NCBI GenBank assembly: GCA_010015805.1
Contig: ML978121.1
Location: forward strand, 2,604,001 to 2,668,000
DNA from: Rhizodiscina lignyota
Lineage: Eukaryota
Length of the DNA stretch: 64,000 nucleotides
Reading direction: 5' to 3'
Position 1 is the stretch's first letter. Each line of letters begins with the position of its first letter. Shown here piece by piece: positions 11,208 to 23,935 of this stretch. The translations under genes were made by a program, and so were the position numbers. The notes under the pieces were generated by a model that was not told where the DNA came from, searched no databases, and saw only the letters and a list, made by a program, of their open reading frames with translations.

Positions 11208-12859
11208 TCAATCCATTGGTGGCTCTGAACTCATGTTGCTTGGAGCAGACATTGCAGGGTGACCGGACGGCTCGTCTTCAAGCTCTTCCACAACGCCAGG
11301 CATTCTTCCAGTCCTCTCAATCTCCTCAACCTGCTTCTTACCCTCCTCCGTGGTCGCGTCGATGACGCCTTCTTCCATGCTGAGCATACCTCCATCGCTC
11401 AACTTCCCGACAACCTCTTCTGCTTCTTCTACGCTCATTTTGCCGAGGACCTTGTTGACTTCATCCAGTGAGCCAGTCTCCAGTGCTCTCTGCAAGCCTG
11501 GTGGGAAAGTCTCGAATAGCTCTCTTGACATCTTCTCCTCCGGCGCTGAAGATTCAGTTGGTAACGGAGGTACGAAGATATTGATCTTGGTATTCGGGTC
11601 CACGGCATGCAATTGAATCTGCTCAACTCCACCTTGTGCCTCCTCTTCTTCGCGGTTCGCCTTGATTTCTGCAACGCGACTTCGTATACGGCCATAGGTG
11701 GTTGCAACGTCGTCAGTGAAGAGCTTCCTCGCCTGATGCCCTTGCGTAGTGATTCTTTTGAAGAACAGCGCAACACCATCTCGTCCCAGCTGTCTGCAGT
11801 ATTGAATTAACAGTGCTTGGTGCACGCACTGCCGTGCATACTTCTGCTTGCCCTCCATCTCAGCGCTGAATGCTTCGACTAAGAGGCCGTCCGTCTCCCT
11901 CTCTGCAAGGACTGAGGGATGCTCTGAGATGAATTGGTGCGATGCGCGGTAGTCGTCCAGCTTGATCTTTGCAAACTCCTTGCCGAGTGCGCTGGCTTCT
12001 GCTTCTACGTCTGGATCTGATCCGTCTTCAATGTCCGCGTCTGCTCCTGACGACTGGCCGGTGTCTGTGCGGTTCAGAGGATCACGCTTCGCTGTTCCAG
12101 GATTCAGTAGCTGTACTGACTCTTCTTTCTTCGGTGCGACCTGTGCAGGCTGTCCTTTCTGTACCTATTGTGACTTTAGCTGCGAGTTCTCTGAACAAAT
12201 AGGAATCTTGACTTACGTTACTATAGTCGAACCCCGTGTGAATGTCGTCACTCGTGATGTGTCTCTTGTCTTCCTTCTCTAGCTCTGCCAACTTGGCGTG
12301 CAACTCCTTCTGCAGTCCTTCCACCTTCTCCTTGTGCTCTATCACCTCCGCGATGTAGGCCTCCAGTCGATCCGTGACATCTGCGCCCTTCTCGTCCACG
12401 GCCTTCTTCACCTGATCCACCAAACTCGCCATCATCCTGCTATACGTCGGCTGCTCCTTGACATTCTGATGCACACCCTCTTCTGGCGGCGGCGGCTGGT
12501 CGTCTGCTGCGTCACCCGCACTCTCTATCAGCGCCTGGAAAACCAGCTCGTCCGCATTGTCATTATTCGCAGCAGGCTTGTGGGACTTGAGGGCAGTGAG
12601 CAGCGCATCGATACGCGAAATGAGGCCATCGTTGATCACTCGCTCGTACTTGAGGGTCTTTATCTGGTGACGTCGCACATCACGTTCCTGGTGGATCTGA
12701 GCTTGTTTGGCGCGGATGAAGGAGCGCTTGTCGACGTTCGGATGGACTTCGATATCCGAGTCATCGGAGAGCTCGAGGTTATCCTGACTATTTGTTAGAC
12801 ACACTTTGAAGTATTCCAGATATATCGTGACTTACCCATTTGCTGTAGTCGACAGGCAT
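11208..12859 (-). CDS. CDC37: Hsp90 co-chaperone Cdc37, multi-exon
   Basis: Exon 1 MPVDYSKW (ATG at 12859) splices to DNLELSDDSDIEVHPNVDKRSFIR, the Cdc37 N-terminal signature. Later motifs are CVHQALLIQYC and IQLHAVDP. Confidence 0.95.
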
Positions 12860-13230
12860 GGTGGGATGTTTAGTTGATGCAACTCAGGCTGGAAATCGTG
12901 AAATAAAATCAATATATCGTTTGAACCACGGATGTTTGTTGTTGCTTCTCAGTATTACACAGTTGCTGTACACGGAGGATTTATAGTGTTGTGTCGACAT
13001 GCGAATCTCGAATGTTCCCTGAGCTCTGTGGAAGCGCGGAAGGTGGGTCCAAGCAGACTTCCCGAAAGGGCTCATAAAATTGTTATAGCGTCATTCCGAC
13101 GGCTACACTTCACAAACCACCATCTCTCCATGCACGATGCTGCCACGCCGGAAAATTCGCTCTCAAGTCCTGCAGCGGTAGTTCAGAAGGCCTTTGAGGC
13201 CACAGCCCTCTCTAGAAGAGCGTCGAAGCC

Positions 13231-15696
13231 ATGCGCGGCGGCCAATTGCTCGTCCAAAGAGCGTGGTATAGCTCCGGCAATGGAGCTTTATACTCCAAGA
13301 TACAGCATGCCCGACCGCTCGCACGGATAGAAACGCCTTCGCTACCGCTTACACGATCGTCGTCGAGCTATAACTTTCCTCCACCACGCCGGAGGGCTCC
13401 TGGATTCGGCGTTATCCGGACGGATACAGTTGGTCTAGGAAAGGCGCATCAATGGAAGAGTACTGGGCCAGCACGTATATTTGCAACATCTCGGGCGCTT
13501 GGTGAAGAGCGGAAGGATGTCCCGGCGGTACAGGGACAGTCATATAGGGATGAAGTGGGAAGGAAGAGTGGGAATCCAGACGAGCTTGAGGACGAGGATG
13601 GTTTCGGGCGCTCCGAGAAAGCATCACAAGCAGCGCAGCTCAATCTTAGTGCGAAGTTGAGCAAGGATGGCAAAGGAGTCTCAGGCGGCTTTAGTGAGAT
13701 ATGGAGGCTGCTAAAGATTGCACTGCCAGAGGGGAAACCACTTGGATTCGCGTTCGTCTTTCTGCTGCTGTCGAGCTCCGTCTCCATGTCAATTCCCTTC
13801 TCGATTGGCAAAATCTTGGATATTGCGACACAAAAGCCAGGGAGTGAGGGAATACTGTTCGGCATGGACATTACGACTTTCTACATGGCACTGGGCGCAG
13901 TGTTGGCTTGCGGTGCGGCCGCAAACTATGGACGAATCATCATCCTGAGGATTGTTGGCGAGCGAATCGTCACACGCCTGCGTTCTGCATTGTTCAAGCG
14001 TACCATCATCCAGAACGCGGAGTTCTTCGATGCGAACAGAGTCGGAGATCTCATCTCTCGTCTTGGCTCCGACACCATCATAGTCGGGAAGAGCATCACG
14101 CAAAACTTATCTGATGGCTTGCGGTCTTTTGTGAGCGGAGCAGCCGGCCTGACAATGATGACTTTCGTTAGCCTCAAACTGTCCGGAATTTTAGCGCTCA
14201 TGTTCCCCCCAGTTGCGATTGGCGCCTTCTTCTATGGCCGTGCGATTCGGAATCTCAGTCGCAAAATCCAGCAGAACGTTGGTACACTGACAAAGATTGC
14301 TGAAGAGCGACTGGGAAATGTACGCACAAGTCAAGCGTTCGCTGGCGAAGTACAAGAAGTACACCGCTATAATACACAAGTACGAAAGATATTCGGCCTT
14401 GGAAGACGCGAGGCCATCATCAGTGCAACATTCTTCAGCAGTACAGGATTCATGGGTAACATGACCATCATGGCGCTACTGTATGTTGGCGGAGGCATGG
14501 TCAACTCTGGTGAAATCTCAATCGGAGAGCTGACGAGCTTCCTCATGTATGCCGCCTATGCTGGCAGCAGCATGTTTGGGCTGAGCGGATTCTACTCGGA
14601 ACTAATGAAAGGGGTGGGCGCGGCATCGCGTCTCTTTGAGCTGCAAGATCGCGAGCCAACGATCAGTCCGACGAAGGGCGAACCAGTGAAGAGCGCACAC
14701 GGTCCGATCGAGTTCAAGCACGTATCTTTCAGCTACCCAACTCGCCCTGCCGTCCCAATCTTTAGGGACCTCACGTTCACTATCAAGCCTGGCACGAATG
14801 TCGCGATTGTGGCACCATCAGGCGGTGGGAAGTCGACAGTGGCATCATTGCTGCTGCGCTTTTACCTCCCGACCGGCGGCATGATCACCATTGATGGTGT
14901 GGATATCACAACGATGAACGCCAAGCAGCTGCGCAGGAAGATAGGCTACGTCGGTCAAGAGCCAGTCCTTTTCTCCGGCACCATCGCTGAGAACATCGCA
15001 TACGGAAAGCCGCTCGCTACTCGCGCTGAGATTATCGCTGCTGCGCGAAAGGCCAATTGCGAGTTCATTAGTGACTTCGTAAGTTGATTCCGTGTCAATA
15101 TCGTTATTACCTATGTTAATGAACCTTTACAGCCTGATGGTCTAGAAACGCCGGTTGGCGCGCGTGGCACCCAGCTCTCGGGCGGGCAGAAGCAACGTAT
15201 CGCCATTGCCCGCGCACTTCTCAAGAACCCGGACATCCTCATTCTCGACGAAGCAACTTCTGCACTCGATGCCGAGTCCGAGACGCTCGTTAACCAAGCT
15301 CTGGGTGTTCTTCTCCGTGGGCACAATACGACCATTAGTATAGCGCACCGCCTTAGCACGATCAAGCGCTCTGATCGCATCATCGTGATCGGTGGCGATG
15401 GGCGGGTTGCTGAGGAAGGCACGTACGCAGAGCTGAGCGCGAACAAGGATGGCGCGTTCAGCAAGCTGATGGAGTGGCAATTAAGTGGTGGAGAGAACGA
15501 CGGGTCGGGGAGGCGGAGACATGATTTTGGCCCGGAGATCACGGAGAGAGAGGAGATTGAGCTGGACCTGGAGGCGGAGGATGAGAAGGCGGATGCCAAG
15601 GCCGAAGGGGTGGAAGGGGAGGGCACGAAGGCAAGGAAGGAGAACGTCACGGAGGCGGAGGCTGTGGCGGAGAGGACGACGACGTCGGACCGATGA
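13231..15696 (+). CDS. Mitochondrial ABCB half transporter (Mdl1/Mdl2, ABCB10-like)
   Basis: Basic N-terminal presequence-like region, ABC TM domain, Walker [10 protein letters not shown] and Q-loop GQEP. After an intron (~15079-15132) come [26 protein letters not shown] and IAHRLST. The start codon is uncertain. Confidence 0.92.
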
Positions 15697-18600
15697 GGGG
15701 ATTTGCGTGAGAGCCGATATCTGGATCGGCACGCCGGACGACCATTTCAATGCATTTTCGGAGTTTGAACGGCACTGGTAGTTATTGGGAGGAAATTTGG
15801 ATCTCCCGTTTTTGGAGGTCGTCATATCGACCTTCCCAATGCTCGATATTCCACTCAGGGGAAGAATAGAACGAACGCTCAACGCGGTTCGGCTCGATGT
15901 AGTTCTCCACTGTATAAAAAAATTTGTAAACATATCCTTGCGACGTCCGAAGTGCTCGGCAGATACAATGTGTCGGCTCGTCGAGGGACAAGGAGAAAGA
16001 AATCTAATATATTCTCACCTCCCAGAATTCCGGAACCTTAGTCACTCGTCTGCGATTGCAAAGACTGAGCACGGTCTTCGTTGAGACGGTGAGGTAGAGG
16101 TGATGTCCGAGCATCAAGCTCGTATCGTCGGCGTGTCGGTGGAAGAGCGGAGGTACTGTTCTGGCCGCATTCGCTTCCGGCAAACTCTTCAAATGTAATT
16201 CTCTGCCCCGAAGACGTGCTCGCTGATCTACGTACCGAAGCGCTCGTACCATCGTGAGGTACGTATTTCGCTGATGCCACCTTCCTGGCCGGCCGGCCGT
16301 GAATCGGGCACGTTGCAAACCCAACGGCCAAGACTCGCCCGCAGATCGCTGTACCGCGATGCTTACTCCCACGGCCCAGGGTAGGATCTGTAGGATTTTG
16401 TAGGATTTGCACGACCTTCTACATCTACAGGGCTGAAACACATTTAACCGCCCCCGAGACAAGCTTTTCGCGCGTTCGCTCCTGCGGTGCTCTGGTTTGG
16501 CTGGTCCAGAACTCTGGGATCGGAACAGCCGGGCCACGGTACATACATGGGCCACGAACATTTGCGCATGCCATCGTTCCACGCGCAATGTGGACAGACC
16601 GAGCGATTTAGAGCTCTCCCCCGGCGGGGATGTGCTCACCTTGAACCTACCTACAGGTGAGATTGACATAGACATGACTGCATCACTTTCTGCCGAGAGG
16701 GAACTTTCCTTTTTTCGTTGCTGCTACGTATGCTGATGAGAATGGGGTAGTGATGATGTGGGGAAGATCAGAGGCAGAGTAAGCCGATCCTGGGTAATTC
16801 TTGCAGGACGAGGTTGGGCGTTGGGGTTGGCGACTCCTCAAGGGTTACGTATGCCTTCAGAGGTCGGGGCGAAGATACCACGAAGGATAAGGAATCCAAT
16901 CCCACGTTATGATGCTCTTTTTTTTGGGTGCTATGTAGAGGTGAATGACTCGAAAGACGGTGAAAGATGATCACAGAAGAAGTGGGGAGTGACTTGATAC
17001 GATCATTACATTAGAAGTGCTTCAAGAGCATTTCCGTTGCTCTTCCGCGCCACGGGCAAACAATGTCTGACGGCGGAGTTTCACGACGTGAAAGAGATGC
17101 TAGATCTTTGATGTTGTGCCCGCAAGTGCACAAATACACGAAATCGAATAGATGCATTCCGGTAGCGACAGGCACCGAAGCTCCGTCCACTTAGCGAGAT
17201 ACATTTTGTGACAACGCACGCTCATTCGCTTAGTCGTTTCGACGTAGGATAGTCGCTTAGTTTCCTCAGCGAAATCAAGCTTGAGACTCGGATGAATAGA
17301 CAGTTCGGTGGGCATCGCGTACGTTCTGGGCAAAGCAGGTTAGTGACATGCAGATGCGGATTTTGTGGCATTCTTCTTTGCCATGGACCGCAATTCAGGA
17401 TTCACCATCTGCACGCTGCAAGGATATGCTACCGCAGTGGCGACAACATGCTGGAGACATGCTGCATGCACGGCAATGGTGCCAAGTCTGTCGTGTGAGA
17501 ACTCAAGCAAGATCTTCTCGTCGGTTGCCTTGGAAATGTCATCTTGATCTTGATGGTGAGATCCAGCACTGTGATTTGTAAACTCTTCTTAGAATCATTT
17601 CTGGTGTCCTATAGTGTCGCAGATGCATCGTAAATACGTCTGTAGGACTGACTCTTTGTGTAAGCTGTGTCATCCCGTTTGTCACACAGCGGAAATCATC
17701 GTTCGCGACGATGGAGCAAGCAGAAGGCAACTCTGACGCCCCGCGACTCTGTAAAGTCCAGCGTCGCAGCTTTCAGGCTCTGTGCACTGCAGACAGGCTA
17801 TAGTGGCATCGCAGATGCGGAGCAGTGGAGATGGAGTAAGGTGTTACAAGGAAAGGGCCAGAGCCGTCGTTGCGAATCGAGACGCTCTTCGACGCAATGT
17901 GCCTCTCGAATCGCTGGATGTCTTACACGGAAATCCCGCATCCGGCATCACAGTTGCTGATCGGCCCGCCAATTGGAAGTTTCCATGCGCGTGCGAGCCG
18001 CGAAACAGCAGACGCAAGAGTGAGGTCTGCTCGACGCACCATCCTCGTTGTTGCTGAGGCGAATGAGTGGGGCGCAAGCATGTCCCTCTTAGGGCATCAG
18101 TCTGGCCGTCTGGCAAGCTGATCGCTGAGACTCAGATCGAAGCTGAAGATGATGCGATAATTGGAAAATGCTGTGCGCAGTTCGTATCCAGCGGAGATGA
18201 GATCTCTTGACCTTTTGTAAATTCGCCTTCCGGCGCTGGAGTGAGCTCGCCGCTGCCAAATATAGGCGCTACGTTTCATGGCGAGATGGCTGCGCCTCGC
18301 CGTGGAAGGCCTGAGAGACGATACGAGCCAGGAGGTGCATCGGAGCTGGCCAGGGACTCATTCGCCGGCACAAGGGGTTCCCAGCCGCTGGAGCTGGATA
18401 AGCATTTTGGCACTCCCGCCGCTAACAGTTTGCTAGGTCGCATTAAGCATCTGGTGGCGTTTTGTCCCTGTGTAATTGTAGATTCGAAGTCGCCTCATCC
18501 CACGCAGGCGCTCGATGGTGGCCATTGCGAACTACCCACTCCTTTCCATGTCAAGAGGTACAAGGAGCTAGCTTTGCTCAATTTTGATGTGCCCTGAGAC

Positions 18601-20442
18601 ATTCGATCCAGTGTCTCAGCGTGGGATACACCATATCTATAATGAAGACTTACACTTGGGGGTAAGATTAAGTTGCTTAATGAGGGAAAGGATGACTCGT
18701 CATGGGATGAAGTTGCTCAGAGCACCGTGTATGACCTACTACAAAGTGTAATGAGATGGGCGTTGCGCAATGCCCGACATGCACACCTGTTCCGGTACCT
18801 CCATGGAGAGGTCGAGCGATAATTGCAAATGCGGGCAATTATCCATCCCCTCAGTTAGTCTGCTGCGAAGTGACGGCGAGAATGATTGACCTCGTGGAGC
18901 ATTTACATGATTTTCCTGGGTGGCCTATTTTGCAGACAGGAATGTGCATTGCGTGGCCCCAGACAGGCCGGCGTTGTAGGTGACATCCGGCACGTTGAGC
19001 AGCCGTGGCGTCAGGATGGGCATTACGCGTGGCCCCTGACGCTGTCCTGGACTCCTGGTAAGGCAAGGTAAGGGAACGTGAGGAGGGCTTCGAGAAGGAA
19101 GACAATTCGTCAGACGAGTCAGTCGACGCCCGCACGAATGGAGACATTGGAGAGGTGAAGCAGTGAGCCGTGGGCCGGCTGTAGCATGTCTGGTCGCGGT
19201 GGCCGTGATTCGAGCGGTGTTTCTCGACTCCAACCACGAAGTGTCCCCTTGTATTTCGGGAGCGTATCAACGCGGTAAGGTGCTCTCGGAAGCGCGCCCG
19301 TGACAGCAGCAGCACTGTTCCACTTCAAATCCAACAACCCTGCCCGTCTCCCGCGGCCGAGACGAGTGCAGAGCGTCAACGCGCAAGCAGATCGTCGGAG
19401 CATAGAGAGGGCCTTGTCGATCCTCTTGCACCCTTCTCCTTGCCCTTGCACGCGTTGTTTCCGCTGCGTTTAGGCGGGAGGGCAGTCAATTCGAACGTAT
19501 CATTCTGCAAAAAGGGAGCTTCGTCCACTGCTGATGACAGTCCTTTTCCCTCTCGACCCAACACCAACAGCAGCTCGTCCAACTGCCGCGCAGAAAGCTT
19601 CTTCGACAAGCTTATCAGAGCAGCCAACAGCTTGACGGCTTGCAGGACCCTCCCTCATCTCCACCGCCGATTCCGTCATTATATCGGCTCCTCTCCCTGG
19701 ACGGGAGTCCGACGGCCACTTGCACGACGCCTGCGGTGACGAACGAGCCCGAATAGGCAGTGGCGGCTTGGGCAACGCTCTGCTAAGCTCTGCTAACGCT
19801 GTAGTACGTTCTTGGGCGTGGGCGCGAGAGTGGCTAGCGCAGGACGCAGAGACGCAGAGGTGCACGCCAGCTTCGACGCCGCTTGCAGCTCGTCACGGGC
19901 CCCTCGGGATGCTGCGAGGCTGTTGATAGGGACAGCGCTAAGCACAGCCCTCAATCTCTAAATCTCCACCGACGCTGCGGCGTACCCTTTTCTATTGATA
20001 CCTCTACATACACGACGCAGCAACGCTATCGCCGCCGCTGCGATAAAATTCAGCGACACAGGGGTGCCGATATCTCTCGAGCAAGCACCCGCCCTGCACC
20101 GCTGATACCCACTTAATAAACATTCACCACCCGCGCGAGCTGCCCTCGTAAATATCCTCCCGCCCCTCTGCCTTCCGCAACTTTCTGGAGGATACGCGGC
20201 CGACCCTGCCACGCCTCCTCGCGTACTCTCGACACGCTCTGTTTGCGGCTGCCATCGACAACTGCGACTTCACCAGCCAGCATCTAATTCACTCCTTCGA
20301 CTTCAACTTTCACTTTCCTCTTACCCTCTTTTCGACTACGGCATCCTTCGTGTCGCGGAGATTTTAATCGCGACCCTCGTTCACGCAAAACCTTCATTAG
20401 TCTCTCCCTGGACCACTTTTCCAAGATTCTCCAACTTTCACG

Positions 20443-21853
20443 ATGTTGACCTTCAAACGAGCGCTCATTGCTGCAGCTGCAGTCCTGACTTTCCTCTTCC
20501 TTCTCCGACATACCCAGTCAACTCCGGATGAGACGAGACAAATTATACACAATGCGGATCAGATGCCAAAGCCTCAGCCATTTCATACACAGCTGAATGG
20601 CGAGAAGCATGGCGAGGGAATCGATAACGCAGTGCCCCCACCTCCAGCACCGAAAGAAACAGATGGCCCACCAAAAGGTGAAAAATCTCCAGCGCCAGTG
20701 ATTAGGAAACCAAAGACGCAGATACCGCTCGCAGACTTGCATAAGAAGCCTCTGAGGCAGCAACTCGAATACCAGTTTCCGTACGATCCTCAGTCCAAGT
20801 TCCCAGCCTACATCTGGCAGACGTGGAAGGTCACGCCGTCATCTGGCGACTTTGATGAAATCTTCCGTGAGCCGGAAGCCAGCTGGACCATCCTCCACCC
20901 AACCTTCATCCACGAGGTCATCACCGATAGTGTCGCGATTCATCTGATGCGACATCTGTACGCGTCTGTCCCGGATGTCCTGGAAGCATACAACGCTCTG
21001 CCTTTCCCGGTGATGAAGGCAGACTTCTTCCGCTATCTCATCCTCCTCGCGCGCGGTGGCATCTACAGCGACATTGACACTGCTGCGTTGAAGAGCGCAA
21101 CTGAGTGGGTCCCAGCAGACGTATCCCGCGACAGCTATGGTATGGTCATTGGTATCGAGGCAGACCCAGATCGCGAAGACTGGGCTCAGTGGTACAGCCG
21201 CCGCATCCAATTCTGCCAGTGGACCATCCAGGCCAAGCCAGGCCACCCCGTTCTGCGCGACATTGTTGCCAACATCACCGAGGAGACCCTCAAGCGCAAG
21301 GCCGAGGGCCGTCTGCCGAAGGATACGCACGAGATTATCGAATTTACAGGCCCGGCGCTCTGGACAGACTTGGTCTTCAAGTTCTTCAACAATCCCGAAT
21401 ACTTTGACATGAAAAACAGCCAGGCGAATATCACCTGGCGACAGTTTACCGGCATGAAGACGCCGAAAAAGGTCGGCGATGTCGTCGTCCTTCCTATCAC
21501 CAGCTTTAGCCCAGGTGTGCGAACAATGGGTGCTGGCGAGGACGACGATCCAATGGCGTTCGTGAAGCACAACTTCGAGGGTGAGTCGTCTCCTATCTTT
21601 TCCCAATTAGAAAACGCACGCGCCGAATCTATCCTGCATCGGGAGTTGGACGCTAGGAGACGTGCAGCCCGTGCGAGTTCCCGTTCGGGAAGTCGCTTCA
21701 AAACGTGTTACCGTTTCAGCGTAACCACCGCCCTGGCCTGTGTAACTACGGCAGTCCAGAACCTCGCTTAGATGAACTCGGCTAACGTGGTCGCTTCTTA
21801 CAGGCACCTGGAAACCAGACGAAGAACGCCACATTGGCGAGAATAACCAGTGA
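20443..21853 (+). CDS. OCH1: Initiation-specific alpha-1,6-mannosyltransferase (GT32)
   Basis: Type II N-terminal TM, FPAYIWQTWK, KADFFRYLILLARGGIYSDID (DxD) and WYSRRIQFCQWTIQAKPGHP. An intron at 21581-21803 gives the C-terminus GTWKPDEERHIGENNQ*. Confidence 0.93.
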
Positions 21854-23383
21854 CTTCCCGACCGCGCGACACAACACTTCCAAAAGATCTCGGAATTGAC
21901 TCTCGAGGGCGGTGTCGGCACTTATTGATGAAATCATCAAACCCGCATCTCCCAAACATCCAGCTCAGCTTCTGATCCCCTTCACGAGTTCGACGACTGC
22001 CATGTCTGAGAAACAGCAACTGCGACTTGCTCGACCACTTCTACCTTCGACTTCCCTTCCGAATCAGATTCGATCGAATCAATAAACATCCACTGTAACG
22101 ACAACGAAACGACTATAGATCAAGCGTGCTTTTATCCCGACCGTCATCGGAACCTTGATACCTTTTGCTTGGATTCGATACTCCCTTCGATGCCCATACT
22201 TTGGTTAACGGCGTGTCGTTCCGGCCTCAATGGCCAGCGCCACGTCCTTTCTTTCCTAACCGTCGGATATCCTGTGAGTCTTGTCAGATAACTCGGATAT
22301 TCTTATACATTACTTTTATAAAGAGGCAGGATCGGATATATAGACTGGCAGGAACTTACACCTCACACACAAACAATCTCATTCAAAACAAAAAAAAGTC
22401 AGGCCTGGGCTCGGCGTCACAGTTCTTTGTTGATTTTCGTCGGCGGCTCTGTTCTGTTCTCTTGGGATGGGCATACAAAGCTGGACTTGGAACCTTTGCT
22501 TTTCTCCTCTTTTTGCTGTTTAGCCCGTCCCTTTTCTGTTGATGTTCTAGACGTGCTTCCTTGAGTTTTGCGTTTTGACGTTCGGCTGCGTTCGTACACA
22601 TCTTCCCGGGTCAAGTGCTGATGCCGGTCGAAGCATCCGTTTCCCTTTTCTCTTGCTTATTGAGCGGGGAGTCGTTGGATCGAGGGTGGGACTGAATGGA
22701 CTTGTCACCGCGACAGCAGAGTGAATAGATGGCTGGGCAGTGTACATAAAAGCGACATGAATGGCACAAGAGGTCACTGCATTCTCCTTTCTTTGTCTGG
22801 TGACGTATTTTCGCTATGTTTAACGACGCTTGCCCTCCGCTCGAACCTCCTCGCATTTACGCGTTTAACCTCAGCAGGAGCCTCCACAATCTCACGCCGA
22901 ACTATGATGGTTCACGTAGGAAACTACGGCAGATGCCTAACTAGTCAAGCAGGAACACCTTTGCATCAACGAGATGTCATAGCAAAAGTCTCGCCAATCA
23001 CAGTTGCTGCCGAAATGCAGGTGTACCTTGAATTTGGCTGGGCACAAGTCTTCATGGCTCTTTGACATTCATGCTTCATGTGACGAGCGCTGGCTCGTGC
23101 GGTGTATATAAATCTAATCGTACAGTGCTGAACGCGCAGATGCGAAATAATAATACAGCCCGCTGTATATGACGTCAACTCCAAAAAGGCGAATATAAAA
23201 AAAGGCCATGTGCATCGCCAACGGCCGTGGTATCTCTGAACTATAAATGTCACCTTCAGTCGACCAATCCTTGCGTCGACTAACAACTGCCGTCCCCTAG
23301 ACATCGTGTTCCAGCACATCCAGCACATGCGTGTTATAGCACATGTGTGTTATTCTTTCCAACCCCCTGTCGATGTCGCCATC

Positions 23384-23935
23384 TCAACGTTTGCTCGTAG
23401 GGATCATGTCCTTCAGCGCATCCCAAATGCCAAACAGCGAGTCTCCGAGTGTGGGCCTCTCGCCTGGCTTCCTTTTCGGTTGGTCGCCATTGCTATGGTG
23501 GCTGTGGTGGGTGCCATTACTGTGATGGCTGTGATGGCTGTGGTGAGAGTGGTGACTTGCATGGCTCGCGTGGCTGGCGTGGCTCGCAGTGCTGCTCGTC
23601 CGCCGTCGCTGTTCATACGGGTCGGCGGCCGCGGCGTACGCGTCTTGCGGGTGGAGCTGGGCCGCAGCCGGTGTGTGCTGGACGAGTTGCGTGGAAGCAG
23701 GCGGCGGAGGGTAGTACTGCTGGTAGGGAGCCGTTCCGTACGCACTGCCGTTGTAGGAGCTCGCTGAAGCGCCGCGTGCACGCTGGTAGGACGGCTGTTG
23801 CGAGGCCGTTGCTGGGGCGTACTGGAGTTGGGCCTGTGGTGAATAGACTCCAGGGCCAGGGCCGGTGTATGAAGAGTTATCGTAGGACTGACCCACGGAC
23901 TGCGAGGATCGACGTGGTGGCGCGTAGGCTGCCAT
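23384..23935 (-). CDS. Hypothetical low-complexity protein with His/Ser repeats
   Basis: 183-aa ATG-to-stop ORF with coding-like composition, an (ASH)n/(HSH)n tract and an amphipathic C-terminus RPTLGDSLFGIWDALKDMI. Confidence 0.7.
   Translation of the reverse strand: MAAYAPPRRSSQSVGQSYDNSSYTGPGPGVYSPQAQLQYAPATASQQPSYQRARGASASSYNGSAYGTAPYQQYYPPPPASTQLVQHTPAAAQLHPQDAYAAAADPYEQRRRTSSTASHASHASHASHHSHHSHHSHHSNGTHHSHHSNGDQPKRKPGERPTLGDSLFGIWDALKDMIPTSKR

Noticed and set aside
21581..21803. Long (223-nt) OCH1 intron as a snoRNA host; ORF read-through to 21771
   Set aside because: No convincing C/D or H/ACA box arrangement was seen. Splicing gives the expected GTWK C-terminus.
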